DNA from: Eledone cirrhosa
Taxonomy: Eukaryota
Assembly: GCA_964016885.1 (NCBI GenBank)
Contig: OZ024742.1
Span: 298,220,001-298,284,000 of the forward strand
Length of the DNA: 64,000 bases
Reading direction: 5' to 3'
Of this stretch, positions 1 to 13,589 are shown piece after piece. The translations under genes were made by a program, and so were the position numbers. The notes below the pieces were generated by a model. That model saw only the letters and a list, made by a program, of their open reading frames with translations. It searched no databases and was not told the DNA's origin. Positions within the stretch are counted from its first letter, which is position 1; each line of letters starts with the position of its first letter.

Positions 1-313
1 CAGTAAGTTTAAACTTTAAAGTGACAACTTAGATTACAAAACAACTAAACCAAAGTAAATAATTTATGGAAACTGTCTTAATTATTTTAATAAATTAATG
101 AAATGATTCTTTGCCTCAGATGGTCCAATACCTTGTGAGTAAAATTTGGTACATGGAAACTATGTGGAAGCTTATATGTTTATGTGCGAGTGTGTGCATG
201 AATTTTCTATATCTAAAGATATACAGTATGTTTAATAAATAAACATTTTAAAAGCCCAGTTATGAATAGAAGGGTGACAGCCAGTGCCATCTAGCAGATT
301 CCAGCAGTGGATG

Positions 314-356
314 ATTTCCTATGTATTTCGAACTTAATGGTTTTCATCAGGACAAT
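314..356 (-). ncRNA. Minimal type I hammerhead ribozyme candidate
   Basis: Minus strand reads attgtc-CTGATGA-aaac cattaa gttc-GAAA-taca-TA-ggaaat. The core is complete; stems I and II each have one mismatch. Confidence 0.6.
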
Positions 357-840
357 ACCCAGCCAGAAATCATTAGGAGACCTTACTAAGCCAGACATGC
401 CTTTACACAACTCCTGGCCTGTAAGTTACCAGGTGGTTTATAAGGCAAATCAAAAGATATAACAACAATGTAATGGACCATAACTGGGAGTTTCTAATAT
501 GTTCATTAACACATTTCTCTTTATACACTCATTATCTATTACATTAATATTGAACATTTTCATTGATTTAGAAAAATAATTAAAATTTAATTCCTAGAAG
601 ATTTCTAAAATAGGCATAAGATAGGTATTAAAGGAAGGGAATATGAATTTGTAAGGAAGGATGATTTGGTATCATATGCCATACATTCACTAATGGCTTT
701 AGGTGCCAATGTAGTCCCTCAAAGACAGAGAGGCTCTTTCGACTCCCACCTTGCTCACTCTTGACATAGCCAAACATCACTGATGTGATAGCTGGAGTGA
801 GAAAAAACTATTTCTCTCTCCCTCTCACACACATACACAT

Positions 841-1130
841 TGTAGCGACCCCGAGGGTAAAAAAAGAGAATTAATTAGAGTTACTTCCCGTAGGCATTAT
901 AAATAGATGAGACTTGTGTTTCTCACTCTCTTATTCGCTGCCGGCCTCGTTCTGACGAGCAGCTCTCTATACTCTTGCGGCTACTTCGGAACTGAACACT
1001 ATATGTACAGAGCATATCACTTCTATCTTGCATGCCCGGTATCTATAACTTCTTTCTTATTGAATTAGTGATTGGTTATCAGCGGTATCTTCCGGAGAAG
1101 ATTAAACCAATAAACCAATACACTAAAACA
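841..1130 (+). mobile_element. Possible solo LTR
   Basis: About 290 bp, GC-richer than the flanks, bounded by TG...CA, with TATAAATA (~898) and AATAAA (~1109). TSD is imperfect (acat/tcat). Confidence 0.45.
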
Positions 1131-2093
1131 TCATCATCATCATCATCTTCATATACATCAAACATTTCCAACATGTGTTTAAAGTAGGCATTAAACAAAC
1201 AAAAGATAAATTTATATGTCACATGAGCTATTTCCCTAATTTCTGTTTACTTTGAAATAGAAATATTGATTTCCAATATGAATACTTTTTTTTATCAACC
1301 ATGGAAGGGGAAAAGTGAAATTGATTATGATAGGTTCGAACTCAAGATATAAAGGGCTAAAATTAAATACTCAAAGGCATTCTTTTTTCTAGAGTGATAA
1401 GAGAAATCAGATGCAGTGTGAAAGAGAAAGAAGATTGGATGATCATCATGGGGTGAAAAAGTGCCAGGAATTCTAAGTGGACGAAAGCTGCTGAAGAGGA
1501 AGACCAAGGAAAACTTGTGTAGATACTAATCTGTGAATAGCTGATCACAAAATGCAGAAACTGACAGAGGAGACGACAAAGGAATGCAATAAGTATAGGA
1601 AAGCTGTGCTAAAGAAAAATTGTCCAGACCAAGCAAGTATAAAAATATGGACATATAAATGATGATGAGGATAAGAATGTTGATGATTTTCTTAAACCTA
1701 AATTCTTAAAACCATAGCTGAAAAGCCACAAATATTTTAGTGTAATGTTTAAGAAATGTCATAGTAACATTTTATGACCATCTGGGAAATTAAGAAATGT
1801 GATAACATGTGACCAACAGTAATCATTTAGCAAAAGATATGCCAGAATTTTAACTCTAAGAAAACAGAAGTAATATTATCATTAGACTAAAAGGCTCACC
1901 AATAACAAATTGTATGTGTGTGTAACACATTCACATATAAATAAACTTTTTAAAAATAAACACTATGGCTGTTATGTGTAATTAAGGAAGATTGGTTGCA
2001 TGTACTATGATTTTGGTAATGGCTTTACATGTGTATGTATAAGGGAGTAAACATAGAATTCTTTGACTTAACATTTATGTATGTATATATATA

Positions 2094-2150
<57 letters not shown>

Positions 2151-3479
2151 TGTAAATGTGGTCAGTGCTATGAAGGGCATCCAGCTGTAAAATCCCCACC
2201 CAAATTTATAGTTCCATCAGACCAAGGTACAAAGTGAACAATTTTGGCCCAAACTTGTCTCCTGATGTAAACAATATGTCTAACCCATGCAAGCATGGGA
2301 AAATGGATGCTAAGCAGTGATGATGATGATATATATATATATATATATATTAACATCATTTCATTTTACGTCCGCTTTTCCCTGCTTGCAAGGGTGGGAC
2401 GGGAACTGATTCGCATATATACTGATTCACATATATACATTTAGTCAACTTCTAATAATCTCCTTACTGCTGGTGCCATGAAAAATGCACCCAGTAGATT
2501 CACTAAGGTAGTTGATAATAGGAAGAGTATCCATCTATAGAAACCATGCCAAAAGAAATGTTGTAAGGACTCTTTAGTTGTGTCAAGAGCATAACAATCT
2601 CACAAGTGCTGGTGATATGATAAATACACTCAGTATCCTTTACAGGTGGATGACCTTCCTGTTATCAACCACGATAGTGGGTCTACTGGGTTATAGGAAG
2701 GGCATCCAGCCATAGAAAACTTGAAAAACAAAGAGCCACGAAGACTCTTCACTGGTGTTGAAGACAAGAAAACCTCTTTGGTACTGGTACTACAATAAAA
2801 TGTGCCTGGCGAACTCAAAAGTACAGGAACATATGTAAGCCAGATGATATCCCTGACCCATCTGAGAGGTTCGTAGAGCCAATTAGGTTCTGACTTTGCC
2901 TGTGACAACCCATCTAACTTTTGTTAGCAGAGAGAACAGATGTTAAATGATGATGATAGTAATGAAGATGATATATTTCAAAATACATGAGAATTGCACT
3001 GTAAAGCAGATTAGAGTAAAGCAGTTTAGAGTGATATAAATTAATATTTGTCAAATAATTGGATAAAAAAACAGTTTAAGCATACATATTAAACTAAACA
3101 TATTTTATACTGTGACATAATGGTGCTCCTGGGAACTAGCTCTATTGTTAATGACACAAAAAGAAAAAACTATTGGCTGCCATTAGGAAGGGCATCTAGT
3201 TGTAGAAATCATGTACCAAAAATGGAAATTATGAGCAAGGTGTGGTCTTCCTTTCCTTATCCAGGTTCAGATCTTGACAGTTTATCCATTCCGTACCAGA
3301 ACAGAAAATGAACATAAAGTGATAATGTTGATGATGATAAATGTAAACACACACACTCACAGACAGACAGTCATACACACACATACACACACACACATCA
3401 CATACACACATACATACATACATACATACATACATACATACATACATACATACATACATACATACATACATACATAGAT

Positions 3480-5170
3480 ATATAGGAATGGAGTTTGGTC
3501 AAGATAAATGCTCATACATGACTGTAAAGCGGGGAAAAACAACAATCCAATCTAGCAACTGTTTCACCGATTTCTGATGAGGACTGCTACAGATACCTGG
3601 GGATAGATGAGAACATATCCTATAATGGTATCTGTAATAAAGAAAGCATACCAAGGAATACTACACCCAATTAAGAAAGATCTGGTCATCGGAACTCTCT
3701 GCGCAAAACAAAACAGTGGCTCACAATGTGCTTGCTGTGCCTGTCCTCACACCAACGTTTTGAATACTCAATTGGACGATAGACGTAATCCGAGCAGTTG
3801 ATGTTGGAACTCGAAAAATACTGAACAACATCGGAAACTTCCACAACAACAGTGGCATCTACCGCCTTTACTTGAAATGTAAGCAGGGAGGCAGAGGCCT
3901 AACATCAGTCCAGACAACATTTGAATGTCGCATCTTATCTCTCCGACAACATCTGTGAACCTCGAAGTGTAGGAGCCCGTTTCTCGAGCAAGTCTATCTG
4001 CATGAAACAGATGAGACCATGAGAGTTGGGAAGGAACTCCTTGAGTGATATTCCCTGTGTGATAATCAAAAACTCACACCCAGGGATGTTGCTCAGCAGT
4101 ATCGCAGTGAATCCATGGATGAAAAACTGCATGCCTATCAGCAAAAAGTCATGCATGGATATGTTGCCAAGAAGCTCCAGAGTGAGAGTAACATAGATAA
4201 GGAAAGTAGTCTATCTTGGACCAACAACCGCTATATTGGCTCCCACTTTGAAGGATACGCTTTTGCAATCCAGGAACAGGAGATTAGCATGAAATACCTG
4301 ATTCACAAAAGAGATAGGGATGCAGGCAAAACACCTAGATGTGATAACAAGTGCAGACTATGCAGAACTAACATCGAGGATATCACCCATATCATCAGCA
4401 GCTGTCCAAAGATGGCATCGCGGTACTATCTACCTATGAGGCATGATGTAGTGGCCAAAACACTGTACAATGCAGTTCGTAAAAAAGATAGCCCCGATAA
4501 TAAACACATTAAAAGCTACAGCAATGTGGAAGACATCCATGTACATAATATGAAAGAGTACTGGTTGAATGTTCCAGTAAAAACCCCAATAAAATGCAGG
4601 CATAACAGACCAGATATTATGATATGGGACAGGGAGAAGAAAGCATGCACAGTAGTGGAAATTAGCTGCCCAGCAGATGCCAATATAATATAAAAGATTA
4701 GTGAAAAGGAGAACATTTATGCAGAACTGATGAGAAATCTGCAGATACTCCACCCTGATTACATCTTCAGATTTATGCCTGTGATTATTGGGGCACTGGG
4801 ATATGTTAGTAACTGCCTCAATACAAATCTTGAGAAGCTAGGCTTTACAGGAACAGACAGAATACAACTAGTTAGGAAATTACAAGTACAATCCATTAAT
4901 GGAACAGTAAAAATATGTAAGACTTTCCAAATATTTTGCATCTAATAACTGCATATACACATATACAGATGCAAAGCATATACACATGCACACATACAAC
5001 TCAAAACATACACATCCACACATACAATAACATCCATATCTACACATGCATGCATACATACATACCTACCTAGTTGATGTTGTGTAAATTCCAATGAGAG
5101 AGTCTTGTGTCTATGTTAGAAACCGACTCTCTATTGGTAAAACTTTGTGAAATTATAAAACCAGAAGAAC
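3480..5170 (+). mobile_element. 5'-truncated non-LTR retrotransposon with restriction-like endonuclease (R4/NeSL/Hero-type), pseudogenised
   Basis: ORF 4115-4693 has a CCHC knuckle (CRLC..EDITHIISSC), RHD, and PD..E motifs (NRPDIMIWD..VEISCP). The frame continues past the stop as KISEKENIY..PVIIGALG to 4945. Upstream YRYLG RT remnant ~3587. Flanked by TA/TACA repeats. Confidence 0.85.
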
Positions 5171-5189
5171 ATACATATATATATATCAA

Positions 5190-5376
5190 AGGGCGGTGGA
5201 CTGGCAGTATCGGTAGAGGGTCGGACGCCATGCTTTCCAGCATAGTTACGTCCCTTTACGATCTGAGTTCAAATCCCGCCGAGGTTGACTTTGCCTTTCA
5301 TTCTTACGGGGTCGATAAAATAAAGTACCAGTAATGCACTGGATAATTGCTGGCCTTGTGCCTAACGTAGAAACAA
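5190..5376 (+). mobile_element. tRNA-derived SINE, family 1
   Basis: A-box-like tggcagtatcgg and B-box gagttcaaatcc. Near-identical copies at 24295-24480(-), 27337-27520(-), 27676-27890(-), 37313-37497(-) and 63200-63325(+). Confidence 0.85.
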
Positions 5377-5463
5377 TATATATATCAAAGGTATATATTG
5401 AGTTAGAAACTCAAAATAGTCTCTTATAATTAAATAGCTCAAGGAAAGAGATTTTTCCGAGTC

Positions 5464-5839
5464 ATATAGTATAATTGAATATAAAAGAGAGATAAACACA
5501 GATATATACATATACATGTTCAGATTGTAAGGGACCAGATTCGCTAGGGTGAAAAGACTATGAACAATAGGGTTTGCCAGACTCAATTTAAGAATAAATC
5601 AAGAAAATAAATACAAACCGATATTGTGGTAACTACCAGGCACCTTGACAGCATTTGTTGATGCTGTTTCGCAATTTAATTGTGAAGAGAATTACCAATT
5701 CTTTTGCTCATCAGTGGGTGTAAAATTAGTAAACACTTCACTTCTTAGTATCTTTTTCACCCTAGCGAATCTGGTCCCTTACGATTTGAACACATATGTA
5801 TATATGTGTTTATCTCTTTTATATTCAATTATACTATAT
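5464..5839. repeat. Inverted-repeat element (arms 5464-5557 / 5751-5839) enclosing a hammerhead
   Basis: tatagtataattgaatataaaagaga...gggaccagattcgctagggtgaaaa is reverse-complemented at 5751-5839. Confidence 0.9.
5641..5720 (-). ncRNA. Type I hammerhead ribozyme candidate (GUC site)
   Basis: Minus: caccca-CTGATGA-gcaa...ttgc-GAAA-cagcat caacaa atgctg-TC-aaggtg. Stems II and III are perfect; two mismatches at the base of stem I. Confidence 0.75.
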
Positions 5840-5859
5840 ATATATAAAGAAGTATCATA

Positions 5860-8460
5860 CAAGCTTTCAGGGTAGGAAATTATGATGCCTTATGTGAAGC
5901 AAACAGTCTACTTGCTAAGAAATGGGACAGATAAGGTAAGTTAGTGTGACAGGATGATCAAGCTCAGAATGATCTTAGGAAATAAAATAACAACCATTAT
6001 CTCTATACACCACAGGCAGGACTGAGTAAAGAACAAATGGACTGTTTCTATGAGGAACCTTTACATGTAAACTCAGTTACTGATAACAGAAACTTTATCA
6101 TCCTAGTACGTGACTTCAGTGGACATGTTGAGCAGTACCAGAATGGATGTATTGAAGTACACTGTATATATGGTTATGGCTTGAGAAATGAAGAGGGATT
6201 CATGCAAATGAACTAATCATCTGCAATACAAAGTTCAGAAAACTTGCCAGTCACCTGATCACCTACAAACCAGGTGAACACACAAAATAGATTGATTTCT
6301 TACTTGTCAGAAAATGAGATAGACAGTTGCTCATAAAGACCTTCTCTAGATGAGAATGTACTTTCCAACCTAAATTGGTTATTAGTAACATTAGAAAAAG
6401 CTCAATACAGAACAAGATATGGATGGAAATCTGGAGGTGGAGAATTGTTAAATATAGGTTAAAGAAAGGTGTGAGGGAAAGCAAGTTAGAAACATGACAT
6501 AGAGGACAATTGGAATTTCTTATGTAACAACCTACTATAGATTACTGACGAGACACATACTTGGAGCAAAGCACCAGCCTGACAGAGGGTGACCCACTGT
6601 TAGAACAGCACAGCGGATAGAGCCCTTAAGACCAAGAGACAGGCATGGAACAACTGTAAGAATGGGGGCAGCAGAAACGAATACTAGGTAGCTAAGAGAG
6701 AAACTAGGCTATTTGTGTACATAGCATGGAAAGGGGCTGAAAGAAGGAGATTTGTTAATGTCTCGCCATCTGAGGATCAGAGAAGTGAGGTGTTCTGCAT
6801 TGAAAGGCGGTGTATCAATCTGAATCAAGATATGGCAGAAAAGTGTGTTTGAAATGACATTCATGCATTTAGCATTACTGGTGCTCAAAAGAATGATGTC
6901 TGGCAATGCTTCTATGAAAAGCTGATGAATGTGCAGATGTATGTTGATGATCTAGATCTCATAGCTGAAATTGTGGAAGATCTGGAATGTAAATTTCAAC
7001 TGTAAAAACAGAATCAAAAGGGCTGAGAGTAAACTTGGTGAAAACTAAAGTTTTAGTAAGTAGGAAAAAAGACAGAGTACTGATCTTATCAAAGAAGTGG
7101 CCCTGTTAAACATGTACAAAAAGATTAGGCAGAAACGCAATAGGATGTACACAATGCAAATCTTGGGTACTCTAGGGGTATAGTGAGATAGCACGCACAC
7201 TAACAGGAAAGACTATTATGTAATAGCTGTACAAGAATAATTTGTAGTAAGAGGGTCATAGATATAAACTTTTTCCAATCTCAGGAAGGATCCATAGAAG
7301 TGGATGATAGTTTCTGCTATCTTGGTGATCTAATCAACATTGGAGGAAGGTGCTCTGAGAGCATAGTAGCCAGAATAGGGACAAGATGGAAGAACTTTAG
7401 GGAGCTACTCTTGCTGCTGACAACAAAAGGTTTCTCCCTACACATGAAAGGCCCTAATTTAGTATGCTTGTCTGGGAAGTGCAATGTTGCATGGTAGTGA
7501 TACATGGGCAGTGAATGAAGAGAATATGCATATGTATGCATGTATATGTACGCATACACACTGGGACCCACACATACATACATTTCATCAATTTGTGTAT
7601 GATATTCCATACTGGTATAGATTGGATGGGTCTGTATTCTTATGGTCACGAAAAATAAATAAGTGTAAATGAATTGTTTACAACATCTGTGTAAGCCATG
7701 TACAAAGATGCTGTCAGTAGTTTGAGAGTATTTAGCAATATGATTAGTGAGGAACTTAATGTGCAGTTGTGTTTCCATCAGGACTTGCTTCTCAACATCA
7801 GTTTGCTTACTAAAGTTCTCCAAGACATAAGAAGAGTATAAGTTCAGCTATTCATGAAAACTCCTGTATGTTGATGGGCTTGTTATTATAGATGTTATTA
7901 TAGCTTGTTATTATTTAGAAAAGAAATTCTAAATGTGGAGGCAGTGCATAGAATTGACATGTCTCAATGCAAAACAAGACAGATGGGAAATGAGAATTCA
8001 TAATATTCAAAGACAAATTGGGTAGAATTCCATATGGTGCAAACAATATATACTATGGAAGAATAAGTGTTGTAGTGGGATTAGAGGCAGGTCATCAGTG
8101 GTTGTTAACAGTAAGAATAACCAGGAAATAAATTCTTTCCCATGAAGAAGTTTATAGATTTTGCTGTCATGTGACCTGATCCCAGATGAAGTTGGTGTTC
8201 TGAAAACAGAGTATCCTTATCCAGAATTCAGGGAATTTTTACTTCAGCTGGCAACAAAGAGATTTTCTTTCTCTGAGTGTGGGGTGGATAAAATGATGCC
8301 CAAGTGCAAAGTTTGATATCACATTGTAGTGAAATATGGGCATAAAAGGTTGAGAGGAATTAGATGCAGAGCGCATAAAAGACAGCACTGATACAGACAT
8401 TTGATGTGTGTGGAGGATGATAGCTGAGTTAAGAAATGCTAAGCAATGAAAGTGGAGGGC
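5860..8460 (+). pseudogene. Old decayed RTE LINE relics (endonuclease and RT pieces)
   Basis: Fragments are similar to the 51.5-54.7 kb ORF (DDSFCYLGD, MLHGSDTWAV, ICNTKFRK..HLITY) with many stops, frameshifts and internal deletions. Confidence 0.8.
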
Positions 8461-8538
8461 ACACACATGTACATATGTGTAAGCGCTTGTGTGTATGTAT
8501 GTGTGTGTATATATATATATATAAATATACAAATACAC

Positions 8539-8570
<32 letters not shown>

Positions 8571-9383
8571 AAATATATATGTATATATATAAATATACAA
8601 ATACACATATATATGTGTGTGTGTGTGTGTGTATATATATGTATATATATAAATATACAAATACACATATATACGTGTGTGTGTGTATGTATATATATAT
8701 ATGAATATACAAATACACACACATATGAGTGTATGTGTGTATGTATATATATATATATGTATGTGTGTGTATATATATATATTTATATATGCATACAATG
8801 TATGTATAACATGATTTGTTTTTATATTTTGTCAGTGTGTCAAACACAGTTAGCCGTTATTACATTACTATGCATAATAATCAGACGTACGAATATTTGC
8901 CATCGCTCCAAGTTCTTTGCTAAAGTTAATAAACTAACACAATATATAATAACTTAATTTCACTTATTGATTTTTCAAAACAGATTGTCGATAGATCTTT
9001 TTTCTTATTCTATTTGAACTGTAACTTAAGTATTCCAAATGGTCATTTTGTTTGTAGCAACATTGCATCTTTATGTTCTTTTCTATGTGTGAAATCAAAG
9101 TGTCTCTGCACATATGTGTTTTGAATCACTATTTTTGACTGAGCGGCTTAATAGATGGGTCCACACACCTGTATGTTCTCTTATTCTTTAACTGGTTTCA
9201 GTCATTAGTTGCCCTACAGGGGCGCCATGTTAACTATTAGATATGTGTTTTCTACAACATTGTTAGTGATATGTTATGTAATGTATTGCAGGAAAGCGTA
9301 TGACTTTGTGGATTGGTGTTCAGCTCAAGATCATAAGATCCTGAGTTCAATTCCTGGCAATGTGCTGTGTTCTTGAGCAAGAT

Positions 9384-9552
9384 CAGTGCCAGATTTAACA
9401 TTGTGCTTAGGTATGCTTAAACACAGGGCCCTCTTGGCTAGGGAGAGGGCCCATCTCACTCCCAAAACAAATGTTTACCTCCTTCAGGGCCCAAGTAAGG
9501 AGCTTCATAACTTAACTAGCACAGGGCCTCATTTGTTCTAAATCTGGCACTG
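9384..9552. mobile_element. hAT-like MITE nested in a SINE
   Basis: 14-bp TIRs cagtgccagattta/taaatctggcactg. Degenerate 8-bp TSD agcaagat/aacaagct. Interrupts a SINE running ~9300-9790. Confidence 0.75.
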
Positions 9553-10059
9553 AACAAGCTACTTTATTTAATGTTGTTTCAGCCCACTCAGCTGGCTAAA
9601 GTGAGTTGTACTTGTAATTTGAAGGGCCAGCGATGTTATATTCTCTGTCATGCTGAATCTCCCTGAGAACTACACCATGGGTAGGCATGTTTGTGGAATT
9701 TTAAGCCACTTGCACGTTAATTCCACAAGCAGGCTGTTCTGTTGATTGTATCAACTGGAACACTCATCATCATAACCAGCGGAGTGCTGCTACCATGTAA
9801 CATATTAGTGATACATTATATAAATTTAAGGAATATCCAAACATGAATTTTGAATTCTATAGTCCAGAATTCATTATTCATGTGTGGAAATTACTCTATT
9901 CCCATTATATATACAGTATCATCATCCTCATAATCATTTTTATGTTAGTTTTTCCACATTTGCATAAAAACGGAACTTAGAATCAAAAGAGCTTGTATAA
10001 ACTTGAAAAAAACAACATTAGTAGGTAGGAAAGAAGACAGGATCCTCAAACACTTAGGA

Positions 10060-10850
10060 AGTGACTTGATTGATAAGTAGAAAAGGAGTAGTTAGAAACT
10101 TTATACAATCTACACAATGCAAATCTTGACTACATATGATGTGTAATGAGATAGCAGGCAGATGTACAGAAAAGTTAGACCTTGTATGTGGCAAATGCAC
10201 AGGGATAGTTGATTGTAAGAGTATCAATGAAATGAATTATCTTAGGAAGTGGTTGATAACTTTTGATACCTAGGTGATATAATCAGAAATAGAAGAAGTT
10301 GGTCTTAGAGCATAATAGATAGAATAAGATGGAACAGGATGGAAATCTTTCAAGGAGCTACTAACTTTGTGAACAGCAAAAGGCCTATACAATTGTTGGC
10401 TCTATAATGTTTGTGAGTAATGTGCAATGATGCATACTAGCAAGACATGGAGAGTAAATGCAGAAGATATGTGAAGACTGGAAAGAAATGAAGCAAGCAT
10501 GCTCTGATGAATGTGCAGAAGCAAAAAAGCATGGATGAGCTGATTGAAAAGTTGGGTACAAAAAGATTCAAATGTATGTAAGAGAAAAGACTGCTCTAAT
10601 ATGTGCATGTGATTTGTATCGTTAGGTGAAGTAGTGCCAAGAAATCCTAGTGAAAAGAAATGCAGTAAAGAGAATCCAAGGAAGAATGGGTAGAGATTGT
10701 GAGAAATAAATTCAAATCGCTGAAGCTCACAGAGTAAATGAAGGACACCAAGTGGATGGGTGCTGTACTGGGAAAGACTTGTTCAATCCAAGAAATCATG
10801 GAAAAGGGATGTAAAATGATGTCAATGAAGATGGTGATTAAGATGATGCT
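10060..10850 (+). pseudogene. Decayed RTE LINE 3' fragment
   Basis: Remnants of ..YLGDII.. and RLERNEASML, then 3'UTR and (gat)n-like tail. Confidence 0.7.
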
Positions 10851-10999
10851 GATATAGACAGTTGAAATGCTGTAGTCATAGTATAGGCTGTGAAAATACA
10901 GGAATATCAATCCCTGTAGAAAACTTGATTCACTAATACCACATTCATGCAAGAATAAAAAAAAAAATACATGTTCATTATAACACATACACTACCAAA

Positions 11000-12700
11000 T
11001 ATTGACTGAAAAACATCTAATCTAAGCCACACATGCAAAATGCTATGGAAACACACACACATCGAGTAAACACATTTCAAAACCATTAAACCCTAAAATA
11101 TAAAACAATAAAATGCATGACCAATTAACTAAAAAAAGGAAAAAGGCAGACTTCATGTACAAAGACAATATTTGATTAGTAAAATTGTAAGTTTCAAATA
11201 TTCATACCAACCGAAATCACCAGACCACGATGAACAAAAATAAAGAATATGACCAATGAGTTGTAGCAAACAAGCCTTTCTGCACAAAGTCAGTATTCCA
11301 TTCATAGCATAATTACTTTCAAGAAAATACATTCCTGCCCATCCGAACCACCTGACCATAAAAAAACAGCCTTTCTGTACACTGTCAGTATTTGACTAGC
11401 AACATAAACCTTTTTTATAAAAATAAATGGAAATATGCAACCCACTAAAACAACAGAAGCATAGATATAACAAACCAGTAGAATATTAGAAACCTGGGAT
11501 ATGAACTCTTCCTCTGTATTAAACAAAAGAGAAATTGACTAACAAAACAAACTCAAATAAATAAAAGTCCCACATATGTGTGAATAGTACTGAACTGTTG
11601 TCTTGAGTTTTGATGAAAGCTATTTTAAGGATGTCATGTGAGGATAATGAAACAAGTGTAGATTTCTGGTAGATTTGACCCTACAAAAACCATTGCACTG
11701 GAAGTCATTAACAAGAAAGATTCAAGGTGATGAAGAAAGGATGGTGACACAACTGCAACTCAAAATCAAGTATTTTAGGCACATCCAACACTTTAATAAA
11801 AGCAACAGAGCAAAAGGAACAACAGGTCAACCAATAGAATAAAAGAATAAGTAAAAAATAACAGACACTTCATATGTTTATACCAACAATAAATAAATGC
11901 ATACAAAGACAAGGAATGTCCACAGATACATGTCAGAGGTAAAATCTTTACTTAAAAGAGCATTTAAATTTTCTACAAACAAAGCACTAGACAAAGAAAT
12001 TCATAGAATTCAATAAGTAGTAAGCAAGCAGCAGATATTCTAACAAACTAATAGAGCAAGTTATGTAAGCAAAGATATAACAAAACAAATGCATTGGACA
12101 CCAAACCTATTAAATTTTACAAACCTCACATAAATTCTATTATATTAATCCAATGCATACTAATCACACAATAAATAAACAAACCAAAAACCTGAAATAG
12201 AACACAAAATGCATTACACAAAATCCTTAAATTAATTCTAAGAATATACTACATTGACATAAACCTTATTAGTAAAAAGCTACAAGCAAGTAAACCAAGA
12301 AACAAATATTAATAATTGTTTCTACTTTGAATGTGAATTATAAATCCATTTGCAAACATAAAAGTTACAAGCTTCAGGATGTCAACTTTTATATTGTCCA
12401 TACACATATGACACTCTCTTGCCAGCACTTGTAACATAGAGTAACTACATTGCATTACAACACAGAATGGAAAACAAAACTAAAAGGAAAAACATTCTTT
12501 GACAACACATGTGTACTCAACAGAATTACAAACGGAAATAAATGGGTAACAACTGAAATGATGCTCTTAATGCAACAAGATGCTAAAATAAAACACAGAT
12601 AATCAACATTAATCACAAACTAAAACCAGATTAATGATGGTGAAAAATTCAAGATGTAGTGACAATCCTATTGTGTCTATCTACGACAAATTGTACTGAC
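11000..12700 (+). pseudogene. Highly decayed Penelope-like element (RT thumb remnant)
   Basis: 11939-12010 translates to VKSLLKRAFKFSTNKALDKEIHRI, resembling the PLE RT thumb motif (L..RA....S....L..E...I). A-rich sense strand. Boundaries approximate. Confidence 0.5.
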
Positions 12701-12945
12701 AATACCAGTAATTTTAACTAAATCAAAGAAATTGGATCAAAACCAGCATTTAATCTAGATGACACAAAGAAAGTAGGAAAAAGGGTTGATGCTGAATTTT
12801 GGGGTATGACTGTTAGAAACATACTGCAAGTGACTCAAAAGAAAATATGCAAAACCTTGATAATGTAGAGAAAACTTAGATCCCTTTGATGTATACAATA
12901 ATTATATATATATACATACACACACACATATATAAATATAATATA

Positions 12946-13570
12946 CTAGCCGAATTACCCACGGCTTGCTGGGTTTCACACATTTTTTTTGTAAGGAAAT
13001 GATGATTGATTTTAAATCAGTGATATAATTTATGGAGAAAAACTCTGCATTTCAATATTACTCAATGTAAAATGTAATGCATAAAAAATTGGAAAACATT
13101 ATTTTTTGTAATATATCAATCTTTGTTTCTTTTACTAGCGGTCATTAGTTTGACAGATAACTCTACTTTGCACCGGTAATTACGTCCCTTAGAGCACAAG
13201 GACTTTTCCTCCATTTTTCTATACGGAGTAATGCATTCTGATGTTAAAATATGTCTCTACCCATACAGGGTACCTTATTAAATACTTTTCTTGTATTATT
13301 GCCTCAAAAGAGCCCCATTGGGCGAAACATGTAAATGTTTTTATAAATGTGATTTAACGGCTTGCCTCTCTTTCATTAATATTTTCGCTTATAATTGCTC
13401 TGCTTATCTTCATACACTAAATATTAACTCCTCTAATATTTAACCCTGATTATACAAGCATTGAACACCTATGCACCTGCTTTTGGCAAATAAAACTCTG
13501 TATCGCATCTCTTTATACCTCCTCTTTCTATCCTCATTTATGATACTGTAACTTTTTATTATATATATAT
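12946..13570 (-). mobile_element. Non-autonomous Helitron-like element
   Basis: Minus-strand 3' end acccagcaagccgtgggtaattcggCTAGt (hairpin plus CTAG). The 5' end merges with a TA tract. Confidence 0.6.
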
Positions 13571-13589
13571 ATAATAAGGTAGATGAAGC

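Noticed and set aside
3574-3600. CTGATGA motifs at 3574, 6922, 10504, 14692 and 23545
   Set aside because: They lie within retroelement coding remnants and lack properly placed GAAA and stems.
8239-8957. Long YI/CV/HT-rich ORFs (also 3229, 18636, 21484, 43087, 60284)
   Set aside because: Translations of TA/CA microsatellites, which lack stop codons.
13305-13333. caaaaga-gccc catt gggc-GAAA-catg-TA hammerhead-like string
   Set aside because: The 3' half fits, but the core has two substitutions and there is no stem I; at best a relic.
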